This document shows positions 25,652-36,502 of a stretch of 55,377 nt of DNA, piece after piece. Each line of letters opens with the position of its first letter. Within the stretch, counting starts at the first letter, position 1. Under the pieces are notes generated by a model. That model made no database searches, was not told where the DNA came from, and was given only the letters and a program-made list of their open reading frames with translations. This DNA is from a virus (lineage: Duplodnaviria; Caudoviricetes): the IMG/VR virus record IMGVR_UViG_3300049170_000126, positions 1 through 55,377 of that record. The stretch is one strand, 5' to 3'. The position numbers were made by a program, and so were the translations under genes.

Positions 25652-28600
25652 CAGCTCGCACCCACGATCGCGGCGACGATCGCCTCGGCGTGCGGCTGCG
25701 CGAGCCGGACCAGGTGACTCTGCAACCGGCAGTGCTGCCGGCGCGCCTCGGGCGTGAGCGTGTCGAGGTCGACGTCCCACGGGTCGTCGTGGATCAGGCC
25801 GGACTCGATGCGCTGCTTCCAGGCGACGCGCGCCAAGGCCCGCGCGATCTCGTCGACGTCGAGCGCGGCAATCAGGCCGGCGCGGACGTCGTCGAGGATC
25901 AGGCCGGCCACCTCGGCGGCGAACAGGACGTCCGCGGCCCGACGGACTGCCGGGGTCACCTCCGGCTCGGTCGCCGCGGTGTCCGGCATCGTCAGGGACA
26001 TCTGCGTGAGGTTCTCGTCCGTCACGATGTGGCTCCTTCGGTAGTGGTGGTGTGGGTGGCGCGGTGGTCAGCCCACGCGGCCGGGGTGACGTGCTGCACG
26101 ACCGGCCGGCGGGCCTGCTGCGATGCCCGCGTCGGTCTGATGGGCACGAGGGCGTGGCAGGTGCCGCACCAGAGCCGGACGACGGTCGACGTGGGCGCCT
26201 CGGCCGGCGCCTCCGCCACGGCCGTCACGAGGCGGACCCGAGGGCGTAGGCCAGGAGCGCCCGCTCCCGCTTGTAGTCGGCCTCGTAGCACGGCTTGCAC
26301 ATCCCGCGAGCTGCGTGCGCGACGAACCCCGGCGCGACCTTGGTCTTCGTGCGCATCGGACGCCGGCAGCTGACGCACTCGGTAGGGGTCGACCGCGGGG
26401 TGACGACCGTGGTGCCGAGCTTCGCGGCGTTGTAGCAGGACCCGCACTGCCCGTCCGCCGCGAACGCGACCGTGCCCGGGATCGGCTCGGTCGCCCGAGG
26501 GCGCAGGGTCCGGCCACAGGAGCGGCACGCGACCGGCATCGGGCGACGCGACGGCGACTCCTTGCGGGCCGTCACAGTTCTCTCCATGGGATGGGCATCG
26601 GTGCGGGGCTGCTGCAGGTGTTGCAGCTGGTCGTGGTGTAGCCGAGCGCGAGCTCGGCGCGGATAGCGGCGTCGGTGATGGCGCGGCAGGCGTCGCACCC
26701 GAGGACCGGGTGCCCGCACGGTGGGCAGGTCGCCCACCGTGCAGGCTCCGGGCAACCGCGTGGTGCCCTCGAGCACGGGACGACGGCGCGGAGGTCGACG
26801 GTCGGGATCGCGAGCACGTCCGGGTCGATCTGCGGGACCGTGGCCGCGTCGGTGCTGATCCGGATCCAGGGCATCAGTCGTCCCCTCCCGCGTAGTGGTC
26901 GAAGTCGTCGAAGTCCGGGACCGGAGCCGGACGCCGGGTGGCCGCGCACACCGCGTTGTGGATCAGGGCCGGGACCTCGGTCGGGTCCGGGGTCTCGCCG
27001 GCGCGCAGCTGCCGGCACGTCTTGCGACCGGCGGACAGCGCGTGCGACGGCGGGACGTCACCGTGGTAGGTCGGGTACCCCGTCACGAGCGGGACGTACG
27101 TCGCCGTACGCGACGGGACGTCGGCGAGCAGCCGCACCAGGCGGATCTGCTCACCGCACCCTGCCCGGCACAGGACCGTCTCGAACGGCGACCGTGACGC
27201 CTTGAGCGTTCGCGTCACGACGCACCTCCCGTACGTACGCCACGGTGCCCAGCCGCACGGTGGGCAGGTCGGCAGTACCGGTGCAGAACGTTCCTCGGGA
27301 CGAACGTGCGGTCACAGCCCGGCAGAGCGCACGTACGCTCTGCGTCGCCCGCGAGCACGTCGCCGCGGCGTACGCGTTCGCGTACGCCCTCGACCGTCAC
27401 GCCCTCGCGTACGGCGATGCGTTCGGCCGCGGCCTCCATGTCGTCCGCGGTGACCTCGATCTCGTCAGCCACGTCAGCTCACCGCCTCGAGCAGCGGGTG
27501 CTGCTCGTCGAGCTCGAGCACGTCGCGGCAGTCGGCGCACAGGCCGAGCTCCGTCGTGCCGATCCCGCACCGGTCGCACGGGCGCTCCGGCCTGGACACG
27601 GCCGACGCCTTGCGCGGCAGGTCCCCGGCTCGCTGTGCACGGGCGTAGCACGTCGTGCACAGGCCATGCCCCGAGTGGACGGCCGAGCCGGCCGGGCGTT
27701 CCTCGGGTGGGGTGCCCTTGAACCAGAGCGGGCGGGAGCACCGCGCGCAGACCTTGGCGCTCACGCTGCGAACCCCCTCGACGCGGACGCGATCGCGCGG
27801 TCCCACGCGGACGCTGCCTGCGCGAGCTCGACGACCTCGGCCGGCGCGCGACGCAGGTCCGCGGCCAGGGCGTACCGCACCGCGGCTGCGTCGAACCGCT
27901 CGCGGGCCCGGCCGACGTCGAGGCCGTGACGGGCACCGGACCAGAACCGGTGCGCGTCGAGAGCGAGCGCGGGGCGCAGCTCGGGGTGGTCGGCCGACGG
28001 GCCGAGGGCGATCGGCCGGGACTCGAGCGGCGCTACCCACGTCAGGGTGGCCGGGTGCGGGCGGTCCTCGTCCGGGACCGCGGCGACGTCGACGACCGCG
28101 GACGGCAGGTGCGGGGCTGCGGCGCCGCCGGTGGGGCACACGTGGCCCTCGTCGATGTCGTACCAGGTATCGCACGTCGTGCACCGGGCACGGCCGTAGC
28201 GGAGCTTCAGGACCGGCATGGGAGGAACGTCGGCGGCCTCGACGCGGCGGGCCTGGCGGGCGCTACGGGCGGCGTCCAGGTGCGTGGTGCGGGCAATGGT
28301 CACGCTGGTATCTCCTCGGTCAGTCCGCGGCGGGCGCGGATCTTCTGGACGAGCTCTTCGTAGGACGGGCCGCCGGCGTACATCGCGGCACGGGCCGCGT
28401 CCTCCGGGGACATCGCGTCGGCGACGCGCAGGCCCTCGACGATCGACCGGGCCGCGGCGGCCATGGCCTGGGATCGGGTCCTCACGCCGGCACCCCCGCG
28501 ACGGTCGGGGCCGGGCCCGGGGCGGGCGCCGGCGTCGTGGCCGGCAGCGTCGCCACGAGCGCGTACACGCACGCGGACACCCCCAGCCCGACGACGACGC

Positions 28601-30785
28601 CCACCGCGTACCCCGCGGCGCGCACGGGGCTCACGGAGCGACCTCCTGCACGACGGCGCACACCGGGTCCGGGCAGTGCCGGAACGGTCCCGTGTGCCCG
28701 TCGTCGTGCACGCGCTCGACGACGCGGAGGATCTCCGGCATGTCGGTTCCCTCGTAGCAGTGGTCGCAGTGCTCCTCGATGCAGTCGGGCTCGCACCCAC
28801 AGTCCGAGCTGTCGCAGTGGTCCCGGTCGCACTCGGCGAGCGACCCCGTGACGGCGTCGACGAGGCTCACCGTGCGGACGCCGTCACCGAGCCGGGTCGG
28901 CAGCGTCCACCCGGCGATCTCCGCCGTGCTGTCCCCCACTGCGGTGACCGTGCCCTCCACCAGGACGCTGAGACGGCCCTCCAGACCCACGACGAGGGGA
29001 CGGGCGGCGACGGCGGTCACTGGTCACGCTCCGGTGCACAGTCGGCCACCACGGCGTTGGTCGCGGCCTCGTCGGTCGCGAGCGCGAGGCGCAGTTCCTG
29101 TTCGGTGCGCTTGGCGTCGTCGAGCCGTGTGGCCTGTTCGACGATCGCGTCGGCGTCGGCGGTCAGCGCGACGGCGGCGAGCTCTTCCGACTCGGCACGG
29201 ACGGTGTCGACGGCCTCGCCGATCTTCTCGACGCGGGCGCGCTCGGCCTGCAGCTCGGGGCCGATCTCCCGGCACGCCGGCGGGACGTCGTGCACCTCGG
29301 TGATGGTCTCGGTCTTCGGCTCGGGTGCGGCCATCCGCCCCAGCGCGTACCCGCCACCGGCGATCACGAGCACGATGCCGGCGATCGCGGCCCAGTACGC
29401 GGACCAGTGGAGTCGGTAGGCCATCAGATCCACCCCATCCCGTGGCCCACGGGCCCGACGACGAGCACCACGGACACCAGGCCCAGGGCGACGCCGATCG
29501 CGGCGTCACGGGCCGTGTGGTGCAGCACCTCGAGCACCCGCCACAGCCGGACCGGACGACGCCGGCGCGGCCGGGGCAGGAGCTCCTGCAGCGGAGCGGT
29601 CACGAGAGGCTGCCCGCCACGGGCCAGACGCTCGAGGTAGTGCTCGTGCATGCGGTCCGCGGACGGCTGGCTGCGGAGCGGACGGTGGGTGAGGCTCACC
29701 GGGTCACCGCCGCGATGTGCGCACGGACGGCCATGTTCAGCGCGTCGTCCACGTCGAGCTGCTGCAGCGCCGTGACGCCGGACGCGGTCCCGACCGCGTG
29801 CCACCGCAGCGCAGCCTCCACGATCGACGCCGCAGTGCGGGCCGACAGTGGCGGGTCCAGCACCTTGACGTGGCCGGACGCCGAGACCTCCGCGAACCGG
29901 TCAGCGAGCGCCGTGCGGGCCTCCGAGGTCATGCCCGGGGGTGGCGCGAGGTCGACGCCGGGCGGGGCCGTCAGCACGCCGACGGGGTCCTGGTCAGGCT
30001 CGGCCACGGGCGCCGCCTCGATGAGCTCGACCTCGTCGCCGACGGTTCCGCCCAGGGACTGGCGCATCGGGTCGTCGAGGGTGGCGAGGTCGTCCTGCAG
30101 CACGAAGAAGCCGACGCACTCGGCGCCGTCGAAGACGTAGGCGCGGGCGGTGATACGCGTGCCGCTCGGGATGACGCGGGCCGGCGCGACCTCACGGATC
30201 ACGCCCCGGTAGCTGTGCGCGGCGCGGTGGTGGCCGAAGTGGGTGGCCCCACGGACGATGTCGCCGACCTGCCAGGCGCGGGCAGTGGTGTGGGTGCTCA
30301 TCAGTAGACACCGCCCTTGGGGGTCTCGTTGCGGACGGCGGCCGCGATGCTCGCGTCGCGGGCGGCAATGATCTCCTCGGCCTCGCGGTCCTTGGCGGCA
30401 GCGAGCGCCGCGCCGGGGTCGCGCACCGGGAGCTCGTGCGGCGGGCCCTCGTGGGGCTCGGCGGGGTGGAAGCCGTAGTTGCTCATGCCCGGCCACCCTT
30501 CGCAGGGGCGGCCGCGGCGGCGGCACGGTCGGCGACGGCGCGCTTGGCACCCTTGTCACCGAGGTACGACAGAGCGTCGATCCACAGGTCGGCCATCGTC
30601 TGGTCACCGGCCAGGACCGAGCGCCACCGGGCGTCCCACAGCTTCTTGCGGGCGACGTGGATCGCGTCGGCGGGGGTGTGCCCGCGGCCCTTGGCGTCCT
30701 CGAGCGCCTTGGTCGCGAGGGCGATCGGCGTCGTCTTGGGCCCTGCCTCGGGGGCCGGCTTGCTGGTCGTGATGCTGGCGTTCAT
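25651..30785 (-). CDS. Array of 16 small coupled early genes (25651..26025, 26022..26228, 26225..26575, 26572..26874, 26874..27218, 27215..27472, 27474..27764, 27761..28303, 28300..28485, 28482..28634, 28631..29020, 29017..29424, 29424..29699, 29696..30301, 30301..30486, 30483..30785)
   Basis: Nearly continuous GTGA/ATGA/TGATG overlaps; many CxxC zinc motifs; several single-TM proteins; no function recognised. Confidence 0.65.
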
Positions 30786-30859
30786 GGGATGCTGTCCTCT
30801 CAGGGTCTGAGGTCCGCGCTGCTCTTGTCGGAGGTGCGGGCCTCGGGCTTTTTCTGTGG

Positions 30860-31099
30860 TCAGGCAGACGCGCGGGCAGCGCGCCGGTCGGCGAGGTTGG
30901 GCACGGCGGCGACGGCCAGCTGGTGCTCGCACTTCCGGTTCTCGACCCAGGCGGCGAGACACTCGGGATCGATCAGCCACCGGCCGCCCTTGACGCGCTG
31001 CGTGCCGTGCAGCGTCCCGTCCTGCAGCGCGTAGCGGACCGTGACCGGGTGCCGACGGGCGACGCCGGCCGCCTCGACGGTCGTGAGCCGGGCGGTCAC
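30860..31099 (-). CDS. Excisionase-type HTH (HTH_17) protein
   Basis: LTTVEAA...HPVTVRYAL..GTLHG...GRWLID..L.AW. Confidence 0.85.
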   Translation of the reverse strand: MTARLTTVEAAGVARRHPVTVRYALQDGTLHGTQRVKGGRWLIDPECLAAWVENRKCEHQLAVAAVPNLADRRAARASA

Positions 31100-31359
31100 G
31101 ATGCGGCCACCAGGGACCGATCGGCGAGCACGCGGTGCGCGCCGCCCTCGGTGACGAGGTCCGTGGCCGCCACACCGAACGCGGTGGCGATGGCGTCGAT
31201 CTCGTCAGTCGTCCAGCGGCTCTGTCCGGTCTCGCGACGGGCGAGGGTCCGCAGCGGGATACCCGTGATGTCCGCGAGCGCCGCCTGCGGCAGGTCAGCG
31301 GCCTGTCGGAGGGTCACGGTGTTCTGGGCCACCGTGGAGCTCGTTGTGCTAGTTGGCAT
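31096..31359 (-). CDS. Cro-like XRE HTH regulator
   Basis: LRQAADLPQAALADITGIPLRTLARRETG...WT..EI..IA..FGV; leaderless ATG after CACGAT. Confidence 0.85.
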   Translation of the reverse strand: MPTSTTSSTVAQNTVTLRQAADLPQAALADITGIPLRTLARRETGQSRWTTDEIDAIATAFGVAATDLVTEGGAHRVLADRSLVAAS

Positions 31360-31368
31360 ACGAGGATC

Positions 31369-31401
31369 GTGCCACACGGCACGGTTTGTGCCAACTCGCA
31401 C
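31369..31401. promoter_or_regulatory. Two operator-like palindromes GTGCC-N4-GGCAC in the switch region
   Basis: GTGCCACACGGCAC (31369-31382, perfect arms) and GTGCCAACTCGCAC (31388-31401, one mismatch). Confidence 0.6.
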
Positions 31402-31471
31402 AGCATCACAAACAGATAACGGTGTGTGCCTGATTCACACGGGGCGTGGGGTGCTGGCATGCTGTGTGGTT

Positions 31472-31885
31472 ATGGCACCCACACGAACGCGGCATCTGCC
31501 GAGCCCGCTCAACGTCGAGATCGCGAAGATCCTCGACGGCGCGCGGGTCGCACGACGTCCTCGGGTCGATATCTCCGAGCTCGCCCGTCAGTCCGGCATC
31601 GAACGGTCGATGCTCTCCCGGATGCTCAAACCCGAGAAGTCCATGCTCGTCGACGAGCTGGTCGCGGTCTGCACCGCACTGGGCCTCGACGCCGGCCGCG
31701 TCATCGACGAGGCTCGACGACGAGTGAGCGCAAGCGATGGGCAAGCAGGCGGCGCTCGACCCGCACCGCATTCCACGACCGTGACGGAAGAGGACATAGC
31801 CGCGGGCGTCGGCCTACCCCGCGGCGGACCGCGTCAGCGTCGTACGCGACCGAGTATCGACACTGAGCGGCGAAAGCACACGTGA
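31472..31885 (+). CDS. CI-like immunity repressor (XRE HTH)
   Basis: ISELARQSGIERSMLSRML...VDELVAVCTALGL; divergent from cro and upstream of the integrase. Confidence 0.8.
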   Translation: MAPTRTRHLPSPLNVEIAKILDGARVARRPRVDISELARQSGIERSMLSRMLKPEKSMLVDELVAVCTALGLDAGRVIDEARRRVSASDGQAGGARPAPHSTTVTEEDIAAGVGLPRGGPRQRRTRPSIDTERRKHT

Positions 31886-32168
31886 GCGGGCAGGCGCGTA
31901 CGTACGGCGTCGGGACGTGCAATGGGTCTAGCGGAACTTCGGTGTCCGGGGTATCCGGCGTGTCGCTCATGTCATGTCAGATCAGACAACAGACAAATCA
32001 TGACGCGAAAAGTTGTGATATCCGGCCCTTGTCACCCGGGTGATCCGCGGTGGCACCACGGACGAAACCGCGTCTCTCAATGCACGCGCATCCACCGCTC
32101 CGCACGGCGAAATATGCGGGATTCTGCCGAGGCAATTCGGCAAAACTGTCGAGAAGGGAAACCACGTC

Positions 32169-33380
32169 ATGGCGTGGACACGGAAGCTCAAGTCCGGCAA
32201 GTACTCAGCCCGGTACCGCGGGGCCGACGGCGAGACGCGCCCCGTCCCCGGGGGCCCGTTCGATCACAAGCGTGAGGCCCAGCTCGCCGCGGGCGCCGCC
32301 GAGGCCGCGTCCCGCTCGCTCGGCTGGCGCGACCCGAAGGCGGCCGGCCGTACCTGGCGCGAGTGGTGCGACACCTGGTGGCCGAGCCGGCGCGTCGGCA
32401 CCGAGACCGAGCGGTCCGACCGTGGGCGGCGCGACAACTACCTCCTGCCGCAGTGGGGCGACACGCCACTGTGCGACATCACCCGCCAGGGCGTGAAGGA
32501 CTGGGCGGCCGAGCTGCGCGAGCCCTACAAGAACGCCAAGGGCGTCGAGAAGAAGCGGTCGCCCGCCTACGTCCGGCTCATCGTCGGACTGTTCGCCGGC
32601 TCCCTGGCGGCGGCGAAGGACGCGGAGGTGCTGCCGACCAACGTCGCCGACAAGCTCAACCTGCCCGGCACACCGCCCGGCCAGGACCGGTACCTCACCC
32701 GGGACGAGGTCGGCCGGCTGCTCGCGAAGATGGAGCCACCGGACCAGGCCATCACCACGCTGCTCGTCAGTACCGGCATGCGGTGGGGCGAGCTCGCCGG
32801 ACTGCACCGCGCCCGCGTCCACCTCGACCGGCGCGTGATCGACGTCGTCGAAGCGTTCAGCTCCAAGGCGTACGAGATGAAGCCCTACCCCAAGGGCAAG
32901 AAGATCCGCACCGTGCCGATCGCCGCGTGGGCGGACCTCAACGCGCTGGAGTACGTGCTGGGCGCCAGCGAGTGCGGCTACACGCACACCGAGGGGCACT
33001 GCCCGGGGCCGCTCCTGCTCACGAACGAGAACGGCTTCGTCCTGAACCACACGGCGTACTCGAAGAGGTTCCGTGCCGCCGTCAAGGCCGCCAAGCTCGG
33101 TCACGTCCGCCCGCACGACCTGCGGCACACCTACGCCAGCTGGCTCCTGCAGGGCGGCCGCACCCTCGAGGAGGTGGGCAAGCTGCTCGGCCACGTGTCG
33201 ACGTCGACCACCCAGCGGTATGCCCGGCTGGCCGAGCTCGCCTCGCAGGACGTGCTCGACGCCCTCGGCCCGGCACCGACCACGACTCCCCCACCCACGC
33301 CGGCAACGACGCCGGAGCCGGCACCCGCACCGACCGACGAGCTGGCCGCGCTGCGTGCGCGCCGGGCCGCGAGCGCCTGA
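32169..33380 (+). CDS. int: Tyrosine integrase with N-terminal arm-binding domain
   Basis: TGMRWGEL, HDLRHTYAS, LLGH and TQRY catalytic motifs; GKYSARYR N-terminal domain; GAAGGGA RBS. Confidence 0.96.
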   Translation: MAWTRKLKSGKYSARYRGADGETRPVPGGPFDHKREAQLAAGAAEAASRSLGWRDPKAAGRTWREWCDTWWPSRRVGTETERSDRGRRDNYLLPQWGDTPLCDITRQGVKDWAAELREPYKNAKGVEKKRSPAYVRLIVGLFAGSLAAAKDAEVLPTNVADKLNLPGTPPGQDRYLTRDEVGRLLAKMEPPDQAITTLLVSTGMRWGELAGLHRARVHLDRRVIDVVEAFSSKAYEMKPYPKGKKIRTVPIAAWADLNALEYVLGASECGYTHTEGHCPGPLLLTNENGFVLNHTAYSKRFRAAVKAAKLGHVRPHDLRHTYASWLLQGGRTLEEVGKLLGHVSTSTTQRYARLAELASQDVLDALGPAPTTTPPPTPATTPEPAPAPTDELAALRARRAASA

Positions 33381-33395
33381 TGGCCGGCGCGGGCG

Positions 33396-33540
33396 TGGCG
33401 CAGATGGCGCAGATATGGCGCAGCCAGCGGCTTCACGACGCTGCACGAGACTTTACGATTCGGCCGTTCCGGGCGTCGGGATCGTTGGAATCTAGCCACT
33501 CCTCGTGCACCAGGCTTCTTTACGCTTCACCCCGCTGCAC
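33396..33540. repeat. att-arm repeats (TGGCGCAG x3; GCTTCACnnCGCTGCAC x2)
   Basis: TGGCGCAG at 33396, 33405 and 33416; 17-mers at 33430-33446 and 33524-33540. Confidence 0.65.
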
Positions 33541-33551
33541 CCCCAGGGACG

Positions 33552-33597
33552 GACTCATAATCTCTCGGTCACAGGTTCAAGTCCTGTACGGGGCACC
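33552..33597 (+). other. attR of prophage 1: 3' half of a tRNA with CAT anticodon (probably tRNA-Ile2)
   Basis: GA-CTCATAA-TCTCT CGGTC ACAGG-TTCAAGT-CCTGT ACGGGGC A CC, with no 5' half upstream. The implied C2-G71, C4-G69 and C5-G68 pairs favour Ile2 over Met. Confidence 0.85.
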
Positions 33598-33619
33598 GGT
33601 GCGCTGGCTCGAGGCAGCG

Positions 33620-33657
33620 CGGCGGCCCGGGTCCACAGTCGTGGACCCGGGCCGCCG
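33620..33657. terminator. Bidirectional terminator hairpin
   Basis: 17-bp perfect stem with AGTC loop, between the tRNA fragment and the pectate lyase stop. Confidence 0.85.
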
Positions 33658-33665
33658 TCGTCGTG

Positions 33666-36377
33666 TCAGAGGTTGACGGTGCTGCCCCCGATCGTCACGA
33701 CGAGCCGGCCGTCGGACGCGAAGGACCAGTCCAGCGACCCGGAGTACTGCCCGCACCGGGAACCGTCCGAACCGGACCACCACTGGTTGCCACCGGCATC
33801 GTGACCGATGATCCGGTCGTTCGACCCGCTGTCGCAGGACGTGTTGTCCCGGAACGTCGACGAGCCGCCGTCGAAGTTGAAGTTGCGCTCCGTGCTGCCG
33901 ATGCTCAGGTTGTTCTCGACGGTCAGCGAACCGAGGTTCCGGTTGTAGCCGAACCCGTGCTTGCCGTTGTCGTAGGCGATGCTGCGCCGCACCACGTGGT
34001 CGACCGCGATGTCCTCGCCGCCGAGCTTGTAGCCGTTGCGGTCACCGTTTCCGGCCTGACCGCCGTTGGACAGGGTCCCGTTCTCGTAGGAGAGCGAGTC
34101 CTCGATGGTGACTGCGCCGATCGGCCCGGTGTCGTCCTTGGTGTACAGGTCCCAGCCGTCATCGATGTTGTTGTGGGCCACGGTGTAGCGGAACACGTTC
34201 CCCGACCCCACCGTGAGCTTCGGTGCGAACCCGTCGGCGTCCTCACCGTCGGAGTCGGAGTTGTCGTGCGACTCCGACGACACGACGAGGTTGTTCGCGG
34301 GCCACTCGCTCCTCGGTGCGCCGGCGGTGTAGCGGGAGAGCTGGAGGCCGGTGTCGCGGTTGAACCGGGTCACGACCCGTTCGATGACGTTGTTGTCGCC
34401 GCCCAGCAGGATTCCGTTGTCGCCGGCGCGCTCGACGACGATGCCACGCACGTGCCACCAGTCGCCGCCGATGGCGAGACCACGGTTGGCCGAGTTCTCG
34501 CTCTGTGCGGAGAAGTTCAGCACCGGCGTCTCCCCCGGGTAGGCGAACAGCTCGGTGCGGTTGCCCGAGGTGCCGCTGTTGCCCGGCTCGATGGCGATCG
34601 TCTGCGAGAGGTTGTACGTCCCGCCGCGCACAGAGATGGTCCCGCCGGGCTCGATCCGCTCGATCGCCGCGGCCAGCGTCGTCGGGTCCGACTCGGTGCC
34701 TGCCGCGCTGTCGCTGCCGCCCGGCGCCACGAACAGCGCGTCCGCGCCCGGCTGCTCGCCCGGGTCGCCGTCACCGGGGTCACCGTCGCCCGGGTCGCCG
34801 TCACCCGGGTCTCCGCCGTCCGACGGCGTACCGGCGTAGGTCTCGAACTCGGCGACTCGCGGTGTCCCGCTCGAGCTGGTGATCTCGAAGTTGATCTTGC
34901 CCAGCGTGGTGGTGGCGAAGGAGATGATCCCGGCGCCGCTGCCGGTGGTCAGGACGGCTCCCGTGTCGTGGTTGACGACGCGCCACGAGCCGATGTTGCC
35001 GACGGCGCCGGCGGCCTCACGGATGTTGATGCTCGACACCGCGCGGTCCGTGCCCCACTTGACCGAGATCCGGCCGGTGGAGCCGGTCGGGGACCAGTAG
35101 GTGCTCATGGAGCCGTCCACCACGTTGCCGAAGCTGGTGCCGCTGGCCTTGCTCGAGCCGTCGGCACCCGCGCCCGCACTCAGGTTCTCACCGGTGGGCG
35201 GGTCGGTCGGCGGGTCGGTCGGATCCGTGGGCGGGTCCGTGGGGTCGGTCGGCGGGTCGGTGGGGTCGGTCGGCGTGCAGCTTCCGTCCGACACTCGCAG
35301 GCCCTTGTTCGCGCCGGCGGTCTCGGCCACGACGCCGGGGACGCAGCTCGCCCCGTCCAGCGGGTACGAGTACGGGATACTGACCGAGGTGTTCGACGTC
35401 GGGTTGGGGCCGGCCGGGTAGTTCTCGTTGCCCTGGCTCGACCAGGTGACGTTGTCGAAGATGTTGCCGTCGACCTGCCAGGAGCCACGCTCGTCGGTGT
35501 AGAAGGTGCCAAGGACGTCCTTGGAGTCCTCGAAGTAGTTGTTGTCGACCTTCGCACTCGCCCCGGCGCGAGAGTTGATACCGGACTCGACGAGGCCCAC
35601 GTAGTGGTTGTTGTACATGTGGGCGATGCCGCCGCGCAGCAGCGGCGTCCGGGAGTTCAGGTTCGAGTACAGGTTGTGGTGGAACGTGACGAAGCCGTTC
35701 GACCGGTCGCTCTCGCTGGAGCCGATGAGGCCACCCCGCTCGGAGTTGCGCAGGATGCTGTAGGACAGGGTCACGTACTTGGTGTCGTTCTTCATGTCGA
35801 ACAACCCGTCGTAGCCCTCGCTCTCCCCGCCGGAGGCCTCCAGGGTGAGGTGGTCGCCCCACACGTTCCGGACGCCGCTCTCCATCCCGATGGCGTCACC
35901 GCCGTTGGACGTGGGCGAGCCCGACTTCTTCACGTTCCGGACGGTGACGTTCTGGATGATGATGTTGCTGGCCTCGCGGATGTGGATGCCGATCTGGTCG
36001 AACACGGCGCCGCCACCGACGCCGACGATCGTGACGTTGCTGATCTGCTTGAGCTCGATGACGTCGTCGGCCGTGTTGCAGCTGCCCGACACCTTGCTGG
36101 TGTTGCCGTGGTTGATGGTGCCCTCGACCTCGATGACGATCGGGGTGCTGTTGCTGGCGCGGCTGCACAGGGCCGTGTGGATCCCCGTCCCGGTGGTGGC
36201 CCGCACCGTCTGCCCGCCGGCACCGCCGGTGGTCCCACCGTTCTGGGTGGCGAACCCCGTGGCGGCGCCGCTCGCCGCCACGGCCTGCGGGATGGACTGG
36301 GCAGTCACCCCGATCGTGACAGCGAGGGTCACCGCTGCCACCGCCGAGAAGATCTGCATGGCTCTTGGTCGTCTCAT
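33666..36377 (-). CDS. Secreted bimodular pectate lyase (PL1 + CBM-like + PL9)
   Basis: Signal peptide; GFATQNGGTTGG, VWGDH and RTPLLR (PL1); PTDP linker; NNIDDGWDLY and NGYKLGG (PL9); start at 36377 or 36383. Confidence 0.92.
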   Translation of the reverse strand: MRRPRAMQIFSAVAAVTLAVTIGVTAQSIPQAVAASGAATGFATQNGGTTGGAGGQTVRATTGTGIHTALCSRASNSTPIVIEVEGTINHGNTSKVSGSCNTADDVIELKQISNVTIVGVGGGAVFDQIGIHIREASNIIIQNVTVRNVKKSGSPTSNGGDAIGMESGVRNVWGDHLTLEASGGESEGYDGLFDMKNDTKYVTLSYSILRNSERGGLIGSSESDRSNGFVTFHHNLYSNLNSRTPLLRGGIAHMYNNHYVGLVESGINSRAGASAKVDNNYFEDSKDVLGTFYTDERGSWQVDGNIFDNVTWSSQGNENYPAGPNPTSNTSVSIPYSYPLDGASCVPGVVAETAGANKGLRVSDGSCTPTDPTDPPTDPTDPPTDPTDPPTDPPTGENLSAGAGADGSSKASGTSFGNVVDGSMSTYWSPTGSTGRISVKWGTDRAVSSINIREAAGAVGNIGSWRVVNHDTGAVLTTGSGAGIISFATTTLGKINFEITSSSGTPRVAEFETYAGTPSDGGDPGDGDPGDGDPGDGDPGEQPGADALFVAPGGSDSAAGTESDPTTLAAAIERIEPGGTISVRGGTYNLSQTIAIEPGNSGTSGNRTELFAYPGETPVLNFSAQSENSANRGLAIGGDWWHVRGIVVERAGDNGILLGGDNNVIERVVTRFNRDTGLQLSRYTAGAPRSEWPANNLVVSSESHDNSDSDGEDADGFAPKLTVGSGNVFRYTVAHNNIDDGWDLYTKDDTGPIGAVTIEDSLSYENGTLSNGGQAGNGDRNGYKLGGEDIAVDHVVRRSIAYDNGKHGFGYNRNLGSLTVENNLSIGSTERNFNFDGGSSTFRDNTSCDSGSNDRIIGHDAGGNQWWSGSDGSRCGQYSGSLDWSFASDGRLVVTIGGSTVNL
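34759..35275. repeat. Coding linker repeats (GDGDP near 34759-34812; PTDP near 35193-35275)
   Basis: In-frame 15-bp and 12-bp tandem units inside the lyase gene. Confidence 0.85.
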
Positions 36378-36502
36378 CGTCATTGCCTCACGTTCGTCGT
36401 TGAAAGCGGGACATTGCTGTGGTTCCTCGTGCGATGCGGGGTCGACGAAAGCGTCCGCGCCGACGCTGGCACGAGCCGACCGGATGATTTTCAACCCCGT
36501 GG

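Larger units (their letters stand above)
1..33597 (-). mobile_element. Prophage 1, temperate siphovirus (left end/attL outside the window)
   Basis: Ordered modules HNH-terS-terL-portal-protease-capsid-neck-tail tube-chaperone-tape measure-tail-lysis on the minus strand, then early genes, divergent HTH pair and tyrosine integrase; ends at a tRNA 3' fragment (attR). Confidence 0.95.

Noticed and set aside
32040-32168. N-terminal extension of the integrase given in the ORF track (likewise extensions of endolysin, capsid, protease and both repressors)
   Set aside because: These regions are AT-richer, overlap upstream genes or lack coding bias; downstream starts have clear RBS, coupling or leaderless promoters.
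33552-33597. Complete tRNA-Met/Ile gene
   Set aside because: No D arm or 5' acceptor strand upstream and the anticodon stem is incomplete; it is an attR remnant.
35193-35275. Tandem repeats as a possible CRISPR array or VNTR element
   Set aside because: In-frame PTDP linker repeats with no unique spacers; no cas genes in the window.
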